36,948 nt of DNA from Chamaesiphon sp. (lineage in GTDB: Bacteria > Cyanobacteriota > Cyanobacteriia > Cyanobacteriales > Chamaesiphonaceae). This document shows, in pieces, positions 34,351-36,948 of the stretch (position 1 is its first letter; each line of letters begins with the position of its first letter). The notes beneath the pieces are model-generated. The model ran no database searches. It worked only from the letters and a program-made list of their open reading frames with translations, and was not told the origin of the DNA. Location of the stretch: the NCBI GenBank assembly GCA_965246715.1, contig CBDFFH010000010.1:1-36948 (forward strand), in the 5' to 3' direction. A program made the position numbers and the translations under genes.

Positions 34351-36948
34351 TCATGGCAGAGATTGCCCCTTCGTGGTGAGATCGCTTGGTGGCGCAAAGT
34401 ATAACTGACCGTTAACATCTTTTTTAATCTCAGCGATCGTTGGCTTTATTTCCCGATCTCCGCTTTTTAGAAATTTTATGTTCCCCGCAGCTCCGAGTGC
34501 GCTAAATTTGTCACTATGTAGTTGCTTTTGTAGGTCAATCCGACTACCATCGCTCTGTTGTAAGCCTGCAACAATCGCCTTCACCGCATCGAAAGACATT
34601 GCTGTGCGCCAACTAACCCGTGCACCCCAAAGTTGTTGTGATCGATCGCTAAAAGAACCCTGTGTGGTAATGAGCGGGTTGAGCCAAGGTGTTACCAGCT
34701 TCAAACCCTCAACGTCATTGCCCCATTCAAGAGTTTGCTTGGTATTGAGGGTGGGACTGGAGTATAGCGGCAATTTATGCTGATTGGCTGAGACTACCTT
34801 CTTGGCTGAGTCCAAGTAATTGATATGGGCAGCGACAAATATTGCATCAACGTTGTTTTTCACAGCTAGATCGATCTTTTTTGAGTCAAAACTTCCGTCA
34901 GTAACGTTACAGTCGGAATGATCGATTTCTCCCCTCAAATGTATAAATTTGTCGATGAGCTGCTGTTTGAATCCAGAGGTATCTGGCGCACTACTGTCAT
35001 AACATAAAAGAAGTTTTCGGTGACGATCGACTGTATAGATCTGCTCGGCGAGGGCTTGGGTAAGATCGCTAGTACGAGGAGCCGCGCGAAAGATATAATC
35101 CCCTTTGTCTGATAAATTATCGTCTGTACTCGTCGGTGTAATCATCACCAGTCCGGCCTTTTGATACTCAGGTATAGCTTCTAGAGAAACATGTGAAGCA
35201 TTATGTCCGACTACGGCTCGGATGTCTAAGTCTTTAGTTAATCTATTGGCGATCTCCTTGGCAAGTTCGCAATCGTTGTCGTCATTGAGGATTTCTACTT
35301 CCAGATACGCACCTCCGATACCACCGTTGCCATTGGCTTCTTTTTGTGCTTGAGCGATACCACGTAGCATTTCCTTCGCAACTTCTGTAGCACCAACGTG
35401 TCTTTTTTCTTTGGGAATCGGAGTTTCTTTAGTCAGCTCACAAGTTGCTACTTTTGTGGCTTTAGTTTGGCTACCGATGGGGACGACAGCAGCAATTTTA
35501 AAAGGCTTTTTGGTACCCCTATGGGCAATGCTATTGTTTAGATATATGAGTGCTTCGGGATCGTTCGGATTTTTGCTCAGAGATGCTTGGAAGTGTTCAC
35601 TCGCTCGTTGGTAGTTGCCATCTGCGAAGGCTTTTGTACCTTCGATTTTGTCTCTGGAACTGAGAGCGGCAATGAGAATGCGTTCGCCGCTGCTGATTCG
35701 ATCGATTAGAGGATCTGTAGAAAGGTATTTCAATCCAAAAGCAATAAGCAATGCAAAAAATCCACACAATAGCAATCTTATAAACCTGCTTTGAATTAGA
35801 GTGTTTATTTTTACACGAATTTTATTTAGTCGCTCTAAGAAAGTTAGTCTTATTGGAGGTGAGTCTCTGCCGCCACTAGTTTTTTGACCAGTGGTAGGGG
35901 ATAAAATTTCTCCATTGTTATCGATTATTACTGCAACGGGATTAAGAATATAGGCAGGTTGTGATGGATGATGAAACAATACCAGTAAATTTGAGGCATT
36001 AGGACAACCTTCATTTGTACGTCTTGTTTCAACATTCTGCTGTAAATATTTACGCAATCTATTTAGTGCTACATTGATAGATATTCCTGGCTGATTAGCT
36101 TCCTGTAAAAATTCTCTAATTGAATCTAGCGCGACGTGAATTGGTAGTAAATCGCGACTTACTAAAATGTACGGAATTCTAAGTTGATTGAACGAACGTG
36201 CGATATTCAGCCCATCGCACGAAAAAAAAGCAGCAAATATCAATCCTTTATCTCTCAAGTCTCTCAAGACACCCTTAAATATTCGATCTTCAGGTGATAG
36301 ACGAACTTGGCTATTTAAGCAAATTTGACTGGAATTTTCAGATGAATGTATAGATCTCGAATGTCCGACAAAAATCAATATTGTAGGTAAACTTGCGTTA
36401 AGTTGTCGATACAAGTCTTGTTCGGGATGTTGAATCTTTGGAAGCTGAGTTATCGAGCTAATATTATCGAGACAATCGTTGGTAAGTCTACCCCGATCCC
36501 CCGACCAATATGTAATATTAAGATTTTGAGAGTTGCGAAAAGAGTTGTGGATTTCTTGTAAGTGCGCATTTAACAGACAACGATCGGTTCCTAAATCTCC
36601 ATCATCATATATGATAACGAATACTCTATGTAAATTAGCTTGAGGCGGTAACGCGGGATGTACTTCCATACTAAAAGTAAATTCTGCATCTGGATAGCGA
36701 TCTTCAAGAAAATCCCACTCATGAAAAGGCAACTTTTGCAACAGTAGATTTAAATACTTATCATTTGTGTTCGTTTGAACTATAAAAGAATAATCGTTAG
36801 GATTACTTCTATAGTCATTTATGGGTAAATTCTCAAGTAAATGGCCTCTTAGTGAATTTATCTGCTGTCCGCTAGAAATTGTACTTGTCCGAGTATTAAT
36901 CCATTTATTAAATTGCGTAATTTTATTTCGGCCATGAATCTTGCAACT
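34351..36948 (-). CDS. CHAT (caspase-like) domain - TM - TPR - periplasmic binding protein receptor; 5' end beyond the right edge
   Basis: Frame is open from 36948 (SCKIHGRNKITQFNKW...IVQT...LQKLPFHEWDF). CHAT motifs IFVGHS and FFSCDGL; TM LLLCGFFALLIAFGL; then the same TPR-binding-protein module as 31868-33268. Confidence 0.88.
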   Translation of the reverse strand, partial: SCKIHGRNKITQFNKWINTRTSTISSGQQINSLRGHLLENLPINDYRSNPNDYSFIVQTNTNDKYLNLLLQKLPFHEWDFLEDRYPDAEFTFSMEVHPALPPQANLHRVFVIIYDDGDLGTDRCLLNAHLQEIHNSFRNSQNLNITYWSGDRGRLTNDCLDNISSITQLPKIQHPEQDLYRQLNASLPTILIFVGHSRSIHSSENSSQICLNSQVRLSPEDRIFKGVLRDLRDKGLIFAAFFSCDGLNIARSFNQLRIPYILVSRDLLPIHVALDSIREFLQEANQPGISINVALNRLRKYLQQNVETRRTNEGCPNASNLLVLFHHPSQPAYILNPVAVIIDNNGEILSPTTGQKTSGGRDSPPIRLTFLERLNKIRVKINTLIQSRFIRLLLCGFFALLIAFGLKYLSTDPLIDRISSGERILIAALSSRDKIEGTKAFADGNYQRASEHFQASLSKNPNDPEALIYLNNSIAHRGTKKPFKIAAVVPIGSQTKATKVATCELTKETPIPKEKRHVGATEVAKEMLRGIAQAQKEANGNGGIGGAYLEVEILNDDNDCELAKEIANRLTKDLDIRAVVGHNASHVSLEAIPEYQKAGLVMITPTSTDDNLSDKGDYIFRAAPRTSDLTQALAEQIYTVDRHRKLLLCYDSSAPDTSGFKQQLIDKFIHLRGEIDHSDCNVTDGSFDSKKIDLAVKNNVDAIFVAAHINYLDSAKKVVSANQHKLPLYSSPTLNTKQTLEWGNDVEGLKLVTPWLNPLITTQGSFSDRSQQLWGARVSWRTAMSFDAVKAIVAGLQQSDGSRIDLQKQLHSDKFSALGAAGNIKFLKSGDREIKPTIAEIKKDVNGQLYFAPPSDLTTKGQSLP

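Noticed and set aside
31868..35700. Branched-chain amino acid ABC transporter
   Set aside because: Only binding domains are present, with no permease or ATPase, and one is fused to a CHAT domain, so sensing is more likely.
1..36948. CRISPR array, rRNA, tRNA or reverse transcriptase
   Set aside because: No repeat-spacer periodicity, RNA-gene signature or RT motif recognised.
1..36948. Assigning a host species
   Set aside because: CGATCG/HIP1 richness and gene content indicate a cyanobacterium, but no marker gene is present.

Overview
Cyanobacterial DNA (CGATCG/HIP1 GCGATCGC very frequent) that looks like an essentially complete ~36.9 kb mobilisable plasmid opened inside a gene. An unlisted minus-strand ORF starting at 292 runs off the left end, the CHAT-receptor ORF is open to the right end, and the two read as the N- and C-terminal parts of one protein. 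The backbone (3.9-18.9 kb) carries a tyrosine recombinase, a toxin-antitoxin cluster, a primase-polymerase-like Rep with a structured leader and probable antisense RNA, a five-gene mobABCDE/oriT module of the pTF-FC2/IncP TraI-M type, and a parA plus small partner gene with a palindromic site. Cargo: Ser/Thr kinase-FGE (CLec) protein, DUF4344 peptidase, an intact ISL3 that interrupts a class II aldolase gene, MFS, GHL10-like hydrolase, alpha-hydroxy-acid oxidase, dicarboxylate symporter, PspA-like protein and two paralogous TPR-periplasmic binding proteins. The most promising candidates for new biology are: (i) a sigma-like / DUF1822 / CHAT-protease-receptor operon; (ii) a stand-alone copy of an internal Rep domain sitting in the toxin position in front of an HTH antitoxin-like gene; (iii) an unannotated TA-like pair at 5442-6528; (iv) the antisense/RBS-sequestration switch upstream of rep. 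All family calls come from motif recognition by eye, not database searches.
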